From assembly GCA_050331235.1 (NCBI GenBank), contig JBHJHA010000006.1, forward strand, positions 1 to 53,878: 53,878 nucleotides of DNA, written 5' to 3'. The notes beneath the pieces were generated by a model. It ran no database searches and was not told the origin of the DNA. It was given only the letters and a program-made list of their open reading frames with translations. Each line of letters opens with the position of its first letter. Positions within the stretch are counted from its first letter, which is position 1. The translations under genes and the position numbers were made by a program. Source of the DNA: Leptolyngbyaceae cyanobacterium (lineage in GTDB: Bacteria; Cyanobacteriota; Cyanobacteriia; Phormidesmidales; Phormidesmidaceae). Positions 30,301-40,890 of the stretch are shown here, in pieces.

Positions 30301-33226
30301 ACGACTACTGCGGGAGATTACCACCAACATTCGCCAGAGTCTCCATCTCAAGACGATTCTCAACAGTACTGCCGACAGTGTTCGTGACTTTCTAGATACT
30401 GATCGCGTGCTGATTTATCGGTTTAACTCCGACTGGAGCTGTCGCATCTTAGTCGAGTCTGTGGGCCCCCAATGGATCAAGACCTTGGATCTCGATTTGA
30501 TGGATCCTTGTCTATCAACGACTTGGGTCGAGCCCTATTTACAGGGGCGAGTGAGCCAAATCACGGATATCGACTCAGATGAAATCGTCCCCTGTCATCG
30601 AGCCTTCCTCAAGCAGTTTCAGGTGCGTGCCAACCTGGTGCTGCCCCTAGTGGTCGACGATCAGCTGTGGGGACTCCTGTGCATTCACCACTGTCGATCG
30701 CCGCGGCAGTGGTCACCGGAAGATGTCGTATTTGTTCAACAGGTTTGCGACCAGGTGGATATCGCCATTCAGCAAGCCAAGCTACTCCAGTCCGAAAAGT
30801 CCCGTGCCCGACGTGAGAGCCTACACCGCCGGATTACCCAAGACATTCGCCGAAGTCTGGACATTGAGACGATCTTGCAGACTACCGCCGATGAAATTCG
30901 CGCCTTTCTCAAGACCGATCGCGTGCTCATTAACCGGATCGATGCTGAGTCCGGCGATCGCCAGATTCTGTCACAGTCATTGGCAACAGACATCGCGCCG
31001 ATTGAGGCTCAGGATGCAGCCTGCCCCTGTCTAGACCAAGGCCGAGCCGAGCTGCTGCTGCAATATCCCTAATTACCGATCAACCATACGCAGCTTGATG
31101 CTGATTCCACTGGTGATCGTGACTTATTTGACCGCTACCGCACACGGTCGATGTTGACCCTCCCGCTCATGGTTGAACAAGCGCTATGGGGCACCTTGTG
31201 CATCCACCAGTGCGATGTGGTCCGGCAGTGGCAAACGCATGAAATTAGCTTTGTCCAGCAGCTTACCGACCAAGTGGAAATTGCTCTCCAGCAGGCGCAA
31301 CTGCTCTTTCAAACCACCGTGCGCGCCCAAAGAGAGCAGGTACTGAATGAAATTGTCAGTTCCATCCGTGACAGCCTCGACTTACAGGCAATCTTAGATC
31401 GCACGAATCAAAAGCTTGTGGCAGCCTTTGATGTCAATCGGTGCATCATCGCCTTTTGCGACGGGCAAGCCGAATACTTAGAGTATTTTTCAACGGCGGC
31501 TCAGGTCGGGACAGACGCCCTGGTGGGCCAGCGCATTCCGCTGCAAAATAATCCCCATGCTCAGGCAGTTTTGGCCCAGGTAGCACCGCTGGCCATCGAC
31601 GACATTATGACTGGGCCCCTTATGACTCCGGCGTTACAAAAGATGGGGCAGCGGCTCAACATCCGAGCCTTGCTGACAGTGTCCATCCGTGATGGTGACC
31701 AAATCAAAGGACTCCTCTGCGTGCAAAGCAATGTGCCCCGCAAGTGGACTAGCGACGAATGTCAGTTGATCAAGCAGGTGGCCGACCAGTTAGCGATCGC
31801 CATTCAGCAGGCAGAGCTATATCAGCAGGCCCAAGCGGAACTGGCCCGACGTCAACAGTTAGAAACCCAACTGCGGCAAGCGGCGCTCCACGATAGTCTC
31901 ACGGGCTTACCCAACCGCGCCTTGTTTTTAGAGCGGTTGCAGCTAGCGTTACAGCGGTTTCAGCGGCGACTACATCCTCACTTGACAGCCGCATCAGCCC
32001 CGATAGAGTTTGCCGTGCTGTTTCTCGATTTAGATCGGTTCAAAGTCATCAACGACAGCCTGGGTCACAGTTTTGGCGATCAGCTATTGCAGCTAGTGAG
32101 CGTGCGCCTGACGCAGTGTTTGCGCGGTGTGGACATTGCCGCGCGGCTAGGGGGAGACGAGTTTGTCGTGTTGCTAGAAGAGCTCACAGAACCGCAATTT
32201 GCGATCGAAGTGGCACGGAGAATTCACAATGTCTTGGAAGACACGCCGATCATGATCGATGGACGAGAGATTTTCATCCGCGTGAGCATTGGCATTACGC
32301 TGGTCACCCACTACCACGCCACCCCGGAGCAGATCTTACGGGATGCTGACATTGCCATGTACAAGGCGAAAAAAAGCAACCGAGAGTATGTGGTATTTGA
32401 TGCTTCGATGCATGAGATGGCTTTACAGCAGCTCAATATCGAACACGACCTGCGTCATGCCATTAAACGCAATGAATTGCGACTGTTTTACCAGCCCATT
32501 GTTGACCTCAAGACAGGCCAGATTACGGGGTTCGAAGCCCTGGTGCGCTGGCAGCACCCAACCCGAGGACTACTGTATCCCAACGCTTTTGTCGAAGTGG
32601 CTGAAGATACCGGGCTAATTTCTGCCATTGATCTCTGGGTGTTGCAAATGGCCTGCCATCAGCTCAGCAAGTGGCGTCAGCTCAATGCCCAATTTGCCGA
32701 CCTAACGATGAGCGTCAACCTGTCAGGCAAACAGTTTTCACAGCCTAATTTGATTGCGCAAATTGATCAGGCCCTAGCCCAGGCCAATTTACCCGGCGAT
32801 CGCCTCAAGCTAGAAATTACCGAAAGTGTCTTGATCACGAACAACACCCTAGCCGTGCAGATTTTGCATAAGTTTCGCGATCGCGACATTCAAGTATGCA
32901 TGGATGACTTTGGCACGGGCTATTCATCCTTGAGTTATCTGCACCAGTTTCCCGTAGACATTTTAAAGATTGACAAGTCCTTTATCCTCAATTTGGGATC
33001 TCCCCAAGTGAGCGATCGGGACTATGAGATCGTTAGAGCGATCGTCAACTTGGCGCTCAACCTACACCTCACAGTCATTGCGGAGGGCATTGAAAATGAG
33101 GAGGTGATGGCCCACCTGCGGGCAAATAATTGCCAGTTGGGCCAGGGACATTATTTTTCTCAAGCGGTGGATGCGGATACGGCGACCCAGCTACTGCTCC
33201 AGGCCCCATTTACCGTAACAGGTTGA
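27395..33226 (+). pseudogene. Multi-PAS / cyanobacteriochrome GAF / GAF / GAF / GGDEF / EAL photoreceptor diguanylate cyclase-phosphodiesterase, split by an in-frame TAA at 31070-31072
   Basis: ORFs 27377-31072 and 31151-33226 are in the same frame with 26 open codons between them, and the stop falls inside the second GAF. GGDEF, EALVR and DDFGTGYS are intact. Confidence 0.8.
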
Positions 33227-33431
33227 GCGATCTCGCCAGCATCAAGGCAGCGCGGCGGGTTAAGCAACGGGGAAATAGGCCACTAGCGGAGAAAGCCGAT
33301 CTCAGAAGCGACATAGACCACTTCATGCAGCTTACGTTACTGAGGCAATCGCGACTCACACTGTAGAATCTAGTTTTGGGCATTTGTGATTTCAATGCCT
33401 AGACCCCAGAGACAAGAGGAGAGCGATCGCC

Positions 33432-36119
33432 GTGACCAACAGCTTCAATGCTAAGACCACCCTCAGTGTGAACGGCAAAGAATATATCTATTACAGCCTG
33501 CCTGAGGCTGCTAAAGATTTAGGTGAAATCAGTCGCTTGCCCTTTAGCCTCAAGGTGTTGTTAGAAAATTTGCTGCGCTATGAGGATGGTCGGACAGTCA
33601 CGGCTGAGCAGGTGCGGGCGATCGCGGCCTGGCTAAAGACCCAGAGCTCAGATCAAGAAATCGCCTACCGACCGGCCCGGGTACTGATGCAAGACTTTAC
33701 TGGGGTGCCGGCTGTCGTTGACTTGGCGGCCATGCGCGATGCCATGGTCAATCTGGGCGGTAGGCCCGAGGCCATCAACCCCTTGTCGCCGGTCGATTTG
33801 GTCATTGATCACTCCGTCATGGTCGACAGCTTTGGCAGTGACGATGCCTTTGGCACAAATGTTCAGCGAGAGTTTGAACGCAACGGTGAGCGCTATGCCT
33901 TTCTCCGCTGGGGGCAAAGCGCCTTTGACAACTTCCGGGTGGTGCCCCCCGGCACGGGAATCTGTCACCAAGTCAACTTAGAGTATTTGGCACAGACCGT
34001 CTGGACTAAAGAAGAAAATGGTGAAACGATCGCCTACCCTGACACCCTGGTCGGCACAGATAGCCACACCACAATGATCAATGCCTTAGCTGTTTTAGGT
34101 TGGGGGGTCGGCGGCATTGAGGCCGAAGCGGCTATGTTGGGGCAGCCCATCTCAATGCTGATTCCTGAGGTAGTGGGCTTCAAGCTGACTGGCAAACTGC
34201 CCCAGGGGGCTACTGCGACCGATTTGGTGCTGACCGTGGTGCAGATGCTGCGCCAAAAAGGGGTAGTCAGCAAATTTGTAGAATTCTATGGGGATGGTTT
34301 AACGCACCTCACCCTCGCCGATCGCGCCACCATCTCAAATATGGCTCCTGAGTACGGTGCTACCTGCGGCTTCTTCCCCATTGATGCTGAAACCTTGCAC
34401 TACTTAGAGTTTTCGGGACGCGAGCCCGACCGAGTAGCTTTAGTCGAGGCCTATGCTAAAGCGCAGGGACTATGGCGGGATGAGAAGACCCCCGATCCGA
34501 TCTTTACCGACACCCTAGAGTTGGATTTGGCCACGGTGGAGCCTTCCCTGGCGGGACCCAAGCGGCCCCAAGATCGAGTTTTGCTCTCGCAGCTAGCCGA
34601 GCAATTTATGACCGCTGACTTTCCGACCTTTAGTGGTTTGTCTTCCTACGCCGAGAAGCGCTCGGTTCCCGTAGCAGGAACCGAATACGAACTGACCGAT
34701 GGGGCCGTGGCGATCGCCGCGATTACAAGCTGTACCAATACGTCCAATCCGTCGGTCATGATCGGGGCGGGTTTGGTAGCCCGTAAAGCCCGGGAAAAAG
34801 GACTCACTGTTAAACCCTGGGTCAAGACATCACTCGCTCCCGGCAGTCAGGTAGTCTCTGACTATTTAGAAAAAGCGGGCTTGCAGGCTGACCTGGATGC
34901 CCTGGGCTTCAACTTAGTGGGATATGGCTGCACCACTTGCATTGGCAACTCAGGGCCACTCCCGGCGCCGATCGTCGATGCCATTCACGAGCAAGATCTG
35001 GTGGTCGGAGCCGTCCTCTCTGGTAACCGCAACTTTGAGTGCCGCGTCAGCCCCCATACCAAGGCCAACTATCTGGCCTCACCGCCTTTAGTTGTGGCTT
35101 ATGCGATCGCGGGCAATCTAGCCATCGATCTTCAGCAAGATCCCATTGGCCAAGATCAGTCTGGTCGCCCCGTCTACCTCAAAGATATTTGGCCCACCAC
35201 CGAAGAGATCAAAACGGTCATGACCGAGGCCTTGACTCCAGACATGTTCCGCAGTCGCTACAGCAACGTGTTTACCGGAACTCAGGACTGGCAAGCGATC
35301 TCTGCGACAGAGAGTCAAACCTATGACTGGCAGGGCGACAGCACTTATGTGCAAAATCCACCCTTTTTTGCCGCCATGTCACCCACGGTGAATGGCAATG
35401 GCAGCACCCAGATCCAAGGAGCCCGGTTGCTGGCACTGCTAGGCGATAGCATCACGACCGATCACATTTCTCCCGCGGGCGCGATCAAAACCGATGGCTC
35501 CACCGGGCGTTACCTCCAAGACCACGGCGTTCCTGTGAGTGAGTTCAACTCCTACGGTTCCCGTCGAGGCAACCATGAAGTCATGATGCGTGGGACCTTC
35601 GCCAATATCCGCTTGCAAAATGAACTGGTGCCTGGGTCATCTGGAGGCGTCACTCGCTACATGCCCGCCGGCACTGAAATGTCAATTTACGATGCAGCAA
35701 TGCAATATCAGGCCGCTGGCGTTCCCCTGCTGGTAATTGCCGGTAAAGAGTATGGCGCCGGCTCCTCGCGGGACTGGGCAGCCAAAGGAACTCGTCTGCT
35801 GGGGGTCAAAGCAGTCATTGCGGAAAGCTTCGAGCGCATTCATCGGTCTAATCTAGTGGGCATGGGGGTCCTACCGCTGCAATTTGAGGCGGGCACCACT
35901 CGTCAAACCCTTAACCTAGATGGAACCGAAACTTTTGACCTGACCGGCCTCAGCGATGGTATTCAGCCTGGAATGATGCTGACCCTCGTGGTACATCGCG
36001 CCAGTGACGAAACGACTGAGGTGCCGCTGCTTTGCCGCATTGATACCTTTGATGAGGTGGAGTACTACCGTAATGGTGGCATTCTTCATTACGTTCTACG
36101 GCAGCTTTTGGCAGCCTAG
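33432..36119 (+). CDS. acnA: Aconitate hydratase A
   Basis: [78 protein letters not shown]. Confidence 0.96.
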   Translation: MTNSFNAKTTLSVNGKEYIYYSLPEAAKDLGEISRLPFSLKVLLENLLRYEDGRTVTAEQVRAIAAWLKTQSSDQEIAYRPARVLMQDFTGVPAVVDLAAMRDAMVNLGGRPEAINPLSPVDLVIDHSVMVDSFGSDDAFGTNVQREFERNGERYAFLRWGQSAFDNFRVVPPGTGICHQVNLEYLAQTVWTKEENGETIAYPDTLVGTDSHTTMINALAVLGWGVGGIEAEAAMLGQPISMLIPEVVGFKLTGKLPQGATATDLVLTVVQMLRQKGVVSKFVEFYGDGLTHLTLADRATISNMAPEYGATCGFFPIDAETLHYLEFSGREPDRVALVEAYAKAQGLWRDEKTPDPIFTDTLELDLATVEPSLAGPKRPQDRVLLSQLAEQFMTADFPTFSGLSSYAEKRSVPVAGTEYELTDGAVAIAAITSCTNTSNPSVMIGAGLVARKAREKGLTVKPWVKTSLAPGSQVVSDYLEKAGLQADLDALGFNLVGYGCTTCIGNSGPLPAPIVDAIHEQDLVVGAVLSGNRNFECRVSPHTKANYLASPPLVVAYAIAGNLAIDLQQDPIGQDQSGRPVYLKDIWPTTEEIKTVMTEALTPDMFRSRYSNVFTGTQDWQAISATESQTYDWQGDSTYVQNPPFFAAMSPTVNGNGSTQIQGARLLALLGDSITTDHISPAGAIKTDGSTGRYLQDHGVPVSEFNSYGSRRGNHEVMMRGTFANIRLQNELVPGSSGGVTRYMPAGTEMSIYDAAMQYQAAGVPLLVIAGKEYGAGSSRDWAAKGTRLLGVKAVIAESFERIHRSNLVGMGVLPLQFEAGTTRQTLNLDGTETFDLTGLSDGIQPGMMLTLVVHRASDETTEVPLLCRIDTFDEVEYYRNGGILHYVLRQLLAA

Positions 36120-36379
36120 ATTTTCTGGCCTTCTTGCTCTGAATACTGCTTGGAAAATACCAGGTTCAGCATTCGGCGCAAGTCACCAATCTGATTTAAC
36201 CCAAAGTTGCGATCGCGGCGAAACATTCAAAGCTGACGGAAAAATTTCGATGTTCCAGGCATAGCTGTTGATTGATCAAAGATAAGAGGCCTGTCCTTTA
36301 GGTTTGGATCTTGTGAATCGCAGCATGAATATTAATACAATGGGGGCATTTTTTACATGGGCGATGGGTATCTGAATCT

Positions 36380-37702
36380 ATGACGCCAACGCTGAGGCTA
36401 TATGGGTTACTCGCAATGGGGGGAGTGATCGCGACGACGCTCGACGCCCTCAGTCCTAGCGCAACGGTCCTTTCATTTCCGCTAGAGGCGATGCTGTTTT
36501 TCGACGGCGTGGTGCTGCTGCTGATGGTGGTCGATTGGGCCCAAGTAAATGGCGCGCAGCGGGCTCAGGTGGCTCGTGAACCACTGCCCCGCCTATCGAT
36601 TGGCCGGGATAACCCGGTCACCCTCAAAGCTACAGCCCCCAAAGCGCCAGCACAGCTGCAAATCTTTGATCGTTACCCCTCTGACTTTGATGAGATTGCC
36701 ATGCCGCTGGCGGTAACGCTAGCGGCCAAAACAACACAAACCGTGACGTATCAGGTACTCCCTACCCAGCGCGGAGCATATGAGTGGGGCAATATTCAGG
36801 TGCGGCAGTTGGGGCCTTGGGGTTTGGCTTGGCGCAGTTGGTCAGTGCCCGCAGCTCAACCTGTGGCGGTTTATCCTGATTTGGTGGGGTTGCGATCGCT
36901 TTCAATTCAGCTAGCCATCCAGTCCACTGGCAGCGTCCGCCAGCGTCAGCGCCTCGGCATTGGCACCGAATTTGCGGAACTGCGAGAGTATGCCATTGGC
37001 GACGACCCTCGCTTTATTGATTGGAAAGCCACCGCCCGCCGCAGTGCTCCGTTGATTCGCGTACTGGAGCCAGAGCGTGAGCAATCCCTCATCGTACTGC
37101 TGGATCGCGGTCGTTTGATGACCGCTAAAGTCAAAGGTCTCGCGCGCTTTGACTGGGGGCTCAACGCGATGCTGTCGCTAGCTTTAGCCGGATTACACCG
37201 GGGCGATCGCGTAGGCGTCGGCATTTTTGATCGACAAATGCATACGTGGGTGCCGCCGCTAGGCGGTCGTCACCATCTGCAGCGTCTGATCGAAAAAGTC
37301 ACCCCCGTGCAGCCGGCCCTATTAGAATCTGACTATCTCGGGGCAGTCACCCAGGTAGCAACACAGCAACATCGCCGTGCCCTCGTCGTCGTGATTACTG
37401 ATGTCGTTGACCAAACCGCTTCAGCCGAGTTGTTAACCGCCCTGACCCGGCTTAAGTCAAGGCATTTACCATTTTGTGTCACCCTACGTGATCCGCAAGT
37501 AGACGCCCAAGCCCATGAGTTTACCTCCGATATCGTTGGAGCTTATGGCCGAGCCGTCGCCTTAGATTTGCTCGAGCAGCGACAAGCTGCGTTTGCTCAA
37601 CTCAAGCAGGCGGGCGTGTTAGTTTTAGATGCCCCAGCCAACCAAATTACGGAATCCCTAGTCGAAAACTATCTACGCATCAAAGCGAAGAATCGTCTAT
37701 GA
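36380..37702 (+). CDS. DUF58 / vWA-associated protein
   Basis: GTEFAELREYAIGDDPRFIDWKATARR and LLDRGRLM; N-terminal TM helices. Confidence 0.88.
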   Translation: MTPTLRLYGLLAMGGVIATTLDALSPSATVLSFPLEAMLFFDGVVLLLMVVDWAQVNGAQRAQVAREPLPRLSIGRDNPVTLKATAPKAPAQLQIFDRYPSDFDEIAMPLAVTLAAKTTQTVTYQVLPTQRGAYEWGNIQVRQLGPWGLAWRSWSVPAAQPVAVYPDLVGLRSLSIQLAIQSTGSVRQRQRLGIGTEFAELREYAIGDDPRFIDWKATARRSAPLIRVLEPEREQSLIVLLDRGRLMTAKVKGLARFDWGLNAMLSLALAGLHRGDRVGVGIFDRQMHTWVPPLGGRHHLQRLIEKVTPVQPALLESDYLGAVTQVATQQHRRALVVVITDVVDQTASAELLTALTRLKSRHLPFCVTLRDPQVDAQAHEFTSDIVGAYGRAVALDLLEQRQAAFAQLKQAGVLVLDAPANQITESLVENYLRIKAKNRL

Positions 37703-37804
37703 CCCAAAAATCGACCAAAGAGCCTGGTCGCTTGCCATACTCTCTGATCGATTTGTGGACAGCTCAGGCCTTTTCCTTAGCCTCAAGCACCCAAGCGTCG
37801 ACGA

Positions 37805-38572
37805 TTAGCGATCTGAGTCAGGGGTTTCCCGGTTATTGGGTGACTGACTGTCAGGAGAAATGATGCCGTCAGTGGGGGCTTCTGCTTCTTCATCCATCAT
37901 TTCTGGATTAATGGGAGCGCCCTCTACCTCAGTGCGGTTGTTAGGACCGTCAGAATCAGGGGAAATGATGCCATCAGTGGTCACTGCTTCCTCATCTGAG
38001 GTCATGCTTTCTGCATCGATCGCGCCTTCGCCGGGGACTGCCCGATTATTCGGCGAGGTGCTATCAGGAGAAATAATGCCATTGCCAGCGTCAGCATCCA
38101 TCTCGGTCTCATCAACATGGCCCGCTTCGCGATCGCCCACGTCAGAGGATGAGGCTTCTTCGCCCGTCATGGCTTCGTCGGTAACGCCTTCACCGGGGAT
38201 TACTCGATTATTCGGCGACTGGCTATCAGGGGAAATAATGCCGTCGGTAAGGTCGGGGTCAGCTTCCGTCATGCCATCGGTGTCAGATACGCCGTCATCA
38301 ATCACAGTCCGGTTGTTGGGTGACTGACTGTTAGGCGAAATAATACCTTCGATCAAATCGGGATCCTCAGCCCCGGTCACGGCTTCATCAACACCTTCAC
38401 CGGGGACCTCTCGATTATTAGGAGACTGACTGTCAGGAGAAATAATTCCTTCAGTGGTTTCCTCACTGGTTTCAGTCATTTCGTGAGCACCCTGGTGCAT
38501 ATCAGCACGGGCAAGCGTGCCCAAAGAGGCCGCGACCGTTGCAGAAAGAAAACAGAGAATAAAGCGATTCAT
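37805..38572 (-). CDS. Secreted acidic low-complexity protein with six GIISPDSQSPNNR repeats
   Basis: Signal peptide ending ARA-D; six near-identical 13-aa motifs separated by D/E-rich spacers. Confidence 0.85.
   Translation of the reverse strand: MNRFILCFLSATVAASLGTLARADMHQGAHEMTETSEETTEGIISPDSQSPNNREVPGEGVDEAVTGAEDPDLIEGIISPNSQSPNNRTVIDDGVSDTDGMTEADPDLTDGIISPDSQSPNNRVIPGEGVTDEAMTGEEASSSDVGDREAGHVDETEMDADAGNGIISPDSTSPNNRAVPGEGAIDAESMTSDEEAVTTDGIISPDSDGPNNRTEVEGAPINPEMMDEEAEAPTDGIISPDSQSPNNRETPDSDR
37829..38449 (-). repeat. Six dispersed 39-bp coding repeats (GIISP[DN]S[QTD][SG]PNNR)
   Basis: Copies at about 38411-38449, 38309-38347, 38204-38242, 38042-38080, 37934-37972 and 37829-37867; they differ mostly at synonymous positions. 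Confidence 0.9.
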
Positions 38573-39118
38573 AGAAATAGTACATCCAAAACTACTTGCT
38601 AGCTGGCAGTACAGCTTAGAAAGCCAGAAACAAAAAATACTCTTTAATTTCTGAAATCAGAGATGAATAATTGCTCCAAAACTGCCTTTAGCTAGCGAAC
38701 ATATGGATACCCTAAAGAACTATGGAGCTAGTTGAATGCTCCCTAGGTTAGGTCCACATCCGCTCCAAAGTTATAGATAGTTTAAGGATAAGCAAAAAGT
38801 GTATATCCCTCTATGCAACGGCTTCTAGCTGACGAGAGAAATACCATATCGTATTCTTAACCTTGACTGAGAACCTGCTGAGAGTTGGCTGAGTTTAGTT
38901 TCTCGGTATGCAGACCCGAAATTTTATTCGGTGTTAAAAGCTGTCAAGCTTCATGGAGATACCAACCCCTAAAGGCTAAAGTCAGGCTCTAATTTTGCTT
39001 TTGCTGCGTGAGTGCCATGGTGGTGATAAAGAAGACAGGGTTGATCCTCATGACCGCCCCTATTTCCTGAAGGAATCCGCTACGGTAGGGGATGCCGATC
39101 TTTCCTTGCGGGGCGTAT

Positions 39119-40468
39119 ATGGTTCAGAATCTTGATTTCCAGGGTTACAGCGATCGCCTACCGCCCCAAAACGTTGATGCAGAAGAGGCCATCTTAGGCG
39201 GGGTGCTGCTCGATCCAGAGGCGATCGGGCGAGTTATGGAGATTCTCAATCCGGATTCGTTCTACATCAGTGCCCATAAGACGATTTTTCGGGCAGCGAT
39301 TGATCTCCATAGTCGCGGCTTGCCCACCGATCTGATGACGGTCACTGCTTGGCTCAAAGACCGGGAGCTATTGGAAAAAGTGGGCGGCACCAGTCGAATC
39401 GCTCAGCTTGTTGATCGCACCCTCAGTGCCGCCAATATTGATCAATATGCCACCCTAGTCATGGAAAAGTACATGCGGCGGCGGCTGATTCAAATTGGTG
39501 GAGAAATCTCCCAACTCGGGTTTGAGGCTGATCAGCCCTTAGAAATATCCTTAGACGAAGCTGAGCAAAAGCTGTTTGGGATTACTCAAGATCGCCCCCA
39601 GCAGGCTCTCACCTCGACCGCTGATATTCTGATTGAAACCTTTGCCGAAATCGAAGAACGTGCCGAGGGCATTGTGTTGCCAGGTGTGCCCTGTGGCTTT
39701 TATGACCTCGATGCTATGACTCAAGGCTTTCAGCGATCGGACTTGATCATTGCTGCAGGGCGACCGTCGATGGGCAAAACCGCCTTCGTTTTGAACATTG
39801 CCCGCAATATTGCCAGCACGCAAAAGTTGCCAGTAGCTATCTTTAGCTTAGAGATGTCAAAGCAGCAGCTCGTCTACCGTTTGCTCTCGAGTGAACTGGC
39901 CCTAGAAACGAGTCGCCTTCGCACCGGGCGACTCAACCCTAATGAGTGGACTATTTTAGGTCAGGGCATTAATCAACTATCGGAGATGCCCGTATTTATC
40001 GATGACACTCCCAACATTTCGGTCAATGAGATGCGCTCTAAGGCTCGCCGGTTACAAGCTGAGCAAGGTGGGGCATTAGGCCTCATTTTGATCGATTATC
40101 TACAGCTCATGGAGGGCAGCAGCGATAACCGGGTCCAGGAATTATCCAAAATCACGAGATCGCTCAAAGGTTTAGCTCGCGAACTCAACGTACCGATCAT
40201 CTCACTATCGCAGCTTAGCCGGGGCGTCGAATCCCGCACCAACAAACGCCCTATGATGTCCGATCTACGAGAAAGCGGCTCGATCGAGCAGGATGCAGAT
40301 GTGATTATGATGCTGTATCGAGAGGAATATTACGATCCGGATACGCCCGATCGCGGCATCGCTGAAATTATCATTACCAAACATCGAAATGGACCAACCG
40401 GTACGGTAAAGCTCCTGTTTGAGCCGCAGTACACTCGCTTTCGTAACTTGGCCCAACCGCCTGCCTAG
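39119..40468 (+). CDS. dnaB: Replicative DNA helicase (no intein)
   Basis: LPPQNVDAEEAILGG, GRPSMGKT, FSLEM, IDYLQLM, SQLSR, RESGSIEQDAD, KHRNGPTG. Confidence 0.97.
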   Translation: MVQNLDFQGYSDRLPPQNVDAEEAILGGVLLDPEAIGRVMEILNPDSFYISAHKTIFRAAIDLHSRGLPTDLMTVTAWLKDRELLEKVGGTSRIAQLVDRTLSAANIDQYATLVMEKYMRRRLIQIGGEISQLGFEADQPLEISLDEAEQKLFGITQDRPQQALTSTADILIETFAEIEERAEGIVLPGVPCGFYDLDAMTQGFQRSDLIIAAGRPSMGKTAFVLNIARNIASTQKLPVAIFSLEMSKQQLVYRLLSSELALETSRLRTGRLNPNEWTILGQGINQLSEMPVFIDDTPNISVNEMRSKARRLQAEQGGALGLILIDYLQLMEGSSDNRVQELSKITRSLKGLARELNVPIISLSQLSRGVESRTNKRPMMSDLRESGSIEQDADVIMMLYREEYYDPDTPDRGIAEIIITKHRNGPTGTVKLLFEPQYTRFRNLAQPPA

Positions 40469-40549
40469 CGTAGCTAGATGGTTGATGAATGTCCCCAGTT
40501 TAAGGGACTGCCCATGACGGCAATCGGCCACATGCGTCGAGATCTTCGG

Positions 40550-40726
40550 TTATCCCTCGACGGCTGCTGCCTGCAAGTGCGGGCAGGAAGTGGCGCCAAA
40601 TCGCTCCCAAGTATTCTCTAAAAGGCCGTCAGACAACTGTGGATGGGGGGCTGTATCGGCAACGAATACGGTAATCGCGATCGCTAGCATGAGTCGGCCA
40701 ATTTTGACTTCTTTGAGAATTGCCAT
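40550..40726 (-). CDS. Small 58-aa hypothetical protein (below the ORF-track cutoff)
   Basis: MAILKEVKIGRLMLAIAITVFVADTAPHPQLSDGLLENTWERFGATSCPHLQAAAVEG*; GGAG just upstream of the ATG; basic plus hydrophobic N-terminus. Confidence 0.4.
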   Translation of the reverse strand: MAILKEVKIGRLMLAIAITVFVADTAPHPQLSDGLLENTWERFGATSCPHLQAAAVEG

Positions 40727-40890
40727 GGTACGCTCCGGGGGCTAAAACTGAGTAACCTCGATTAGTTGACACCAAGATACTCAGCCGCGCCGACGTAAAG
40801 AAGGAGCGAACCAGCCATCCCCTTTACCGAAAACGGCAAAGGTCAAGCCCCCCAGCGTGACGCCCGACGAGGATGCCACAACCACAGGCT

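Noticed and set aside
37860..38327. 155-aa plus-strand ORF with repeated RLLG..SGEMMP
   Set aside because: Mirror image of the minus-strand repeat gene, which has the signal peptide and the synonymous-site pattern.
37829..38449. Repeat-spacer pattern resembling a CRISPR array
   Set aside because: Repeats vary at third codon positions, spacers are unequal multiples of three within one ORF, and there are no cas genes.
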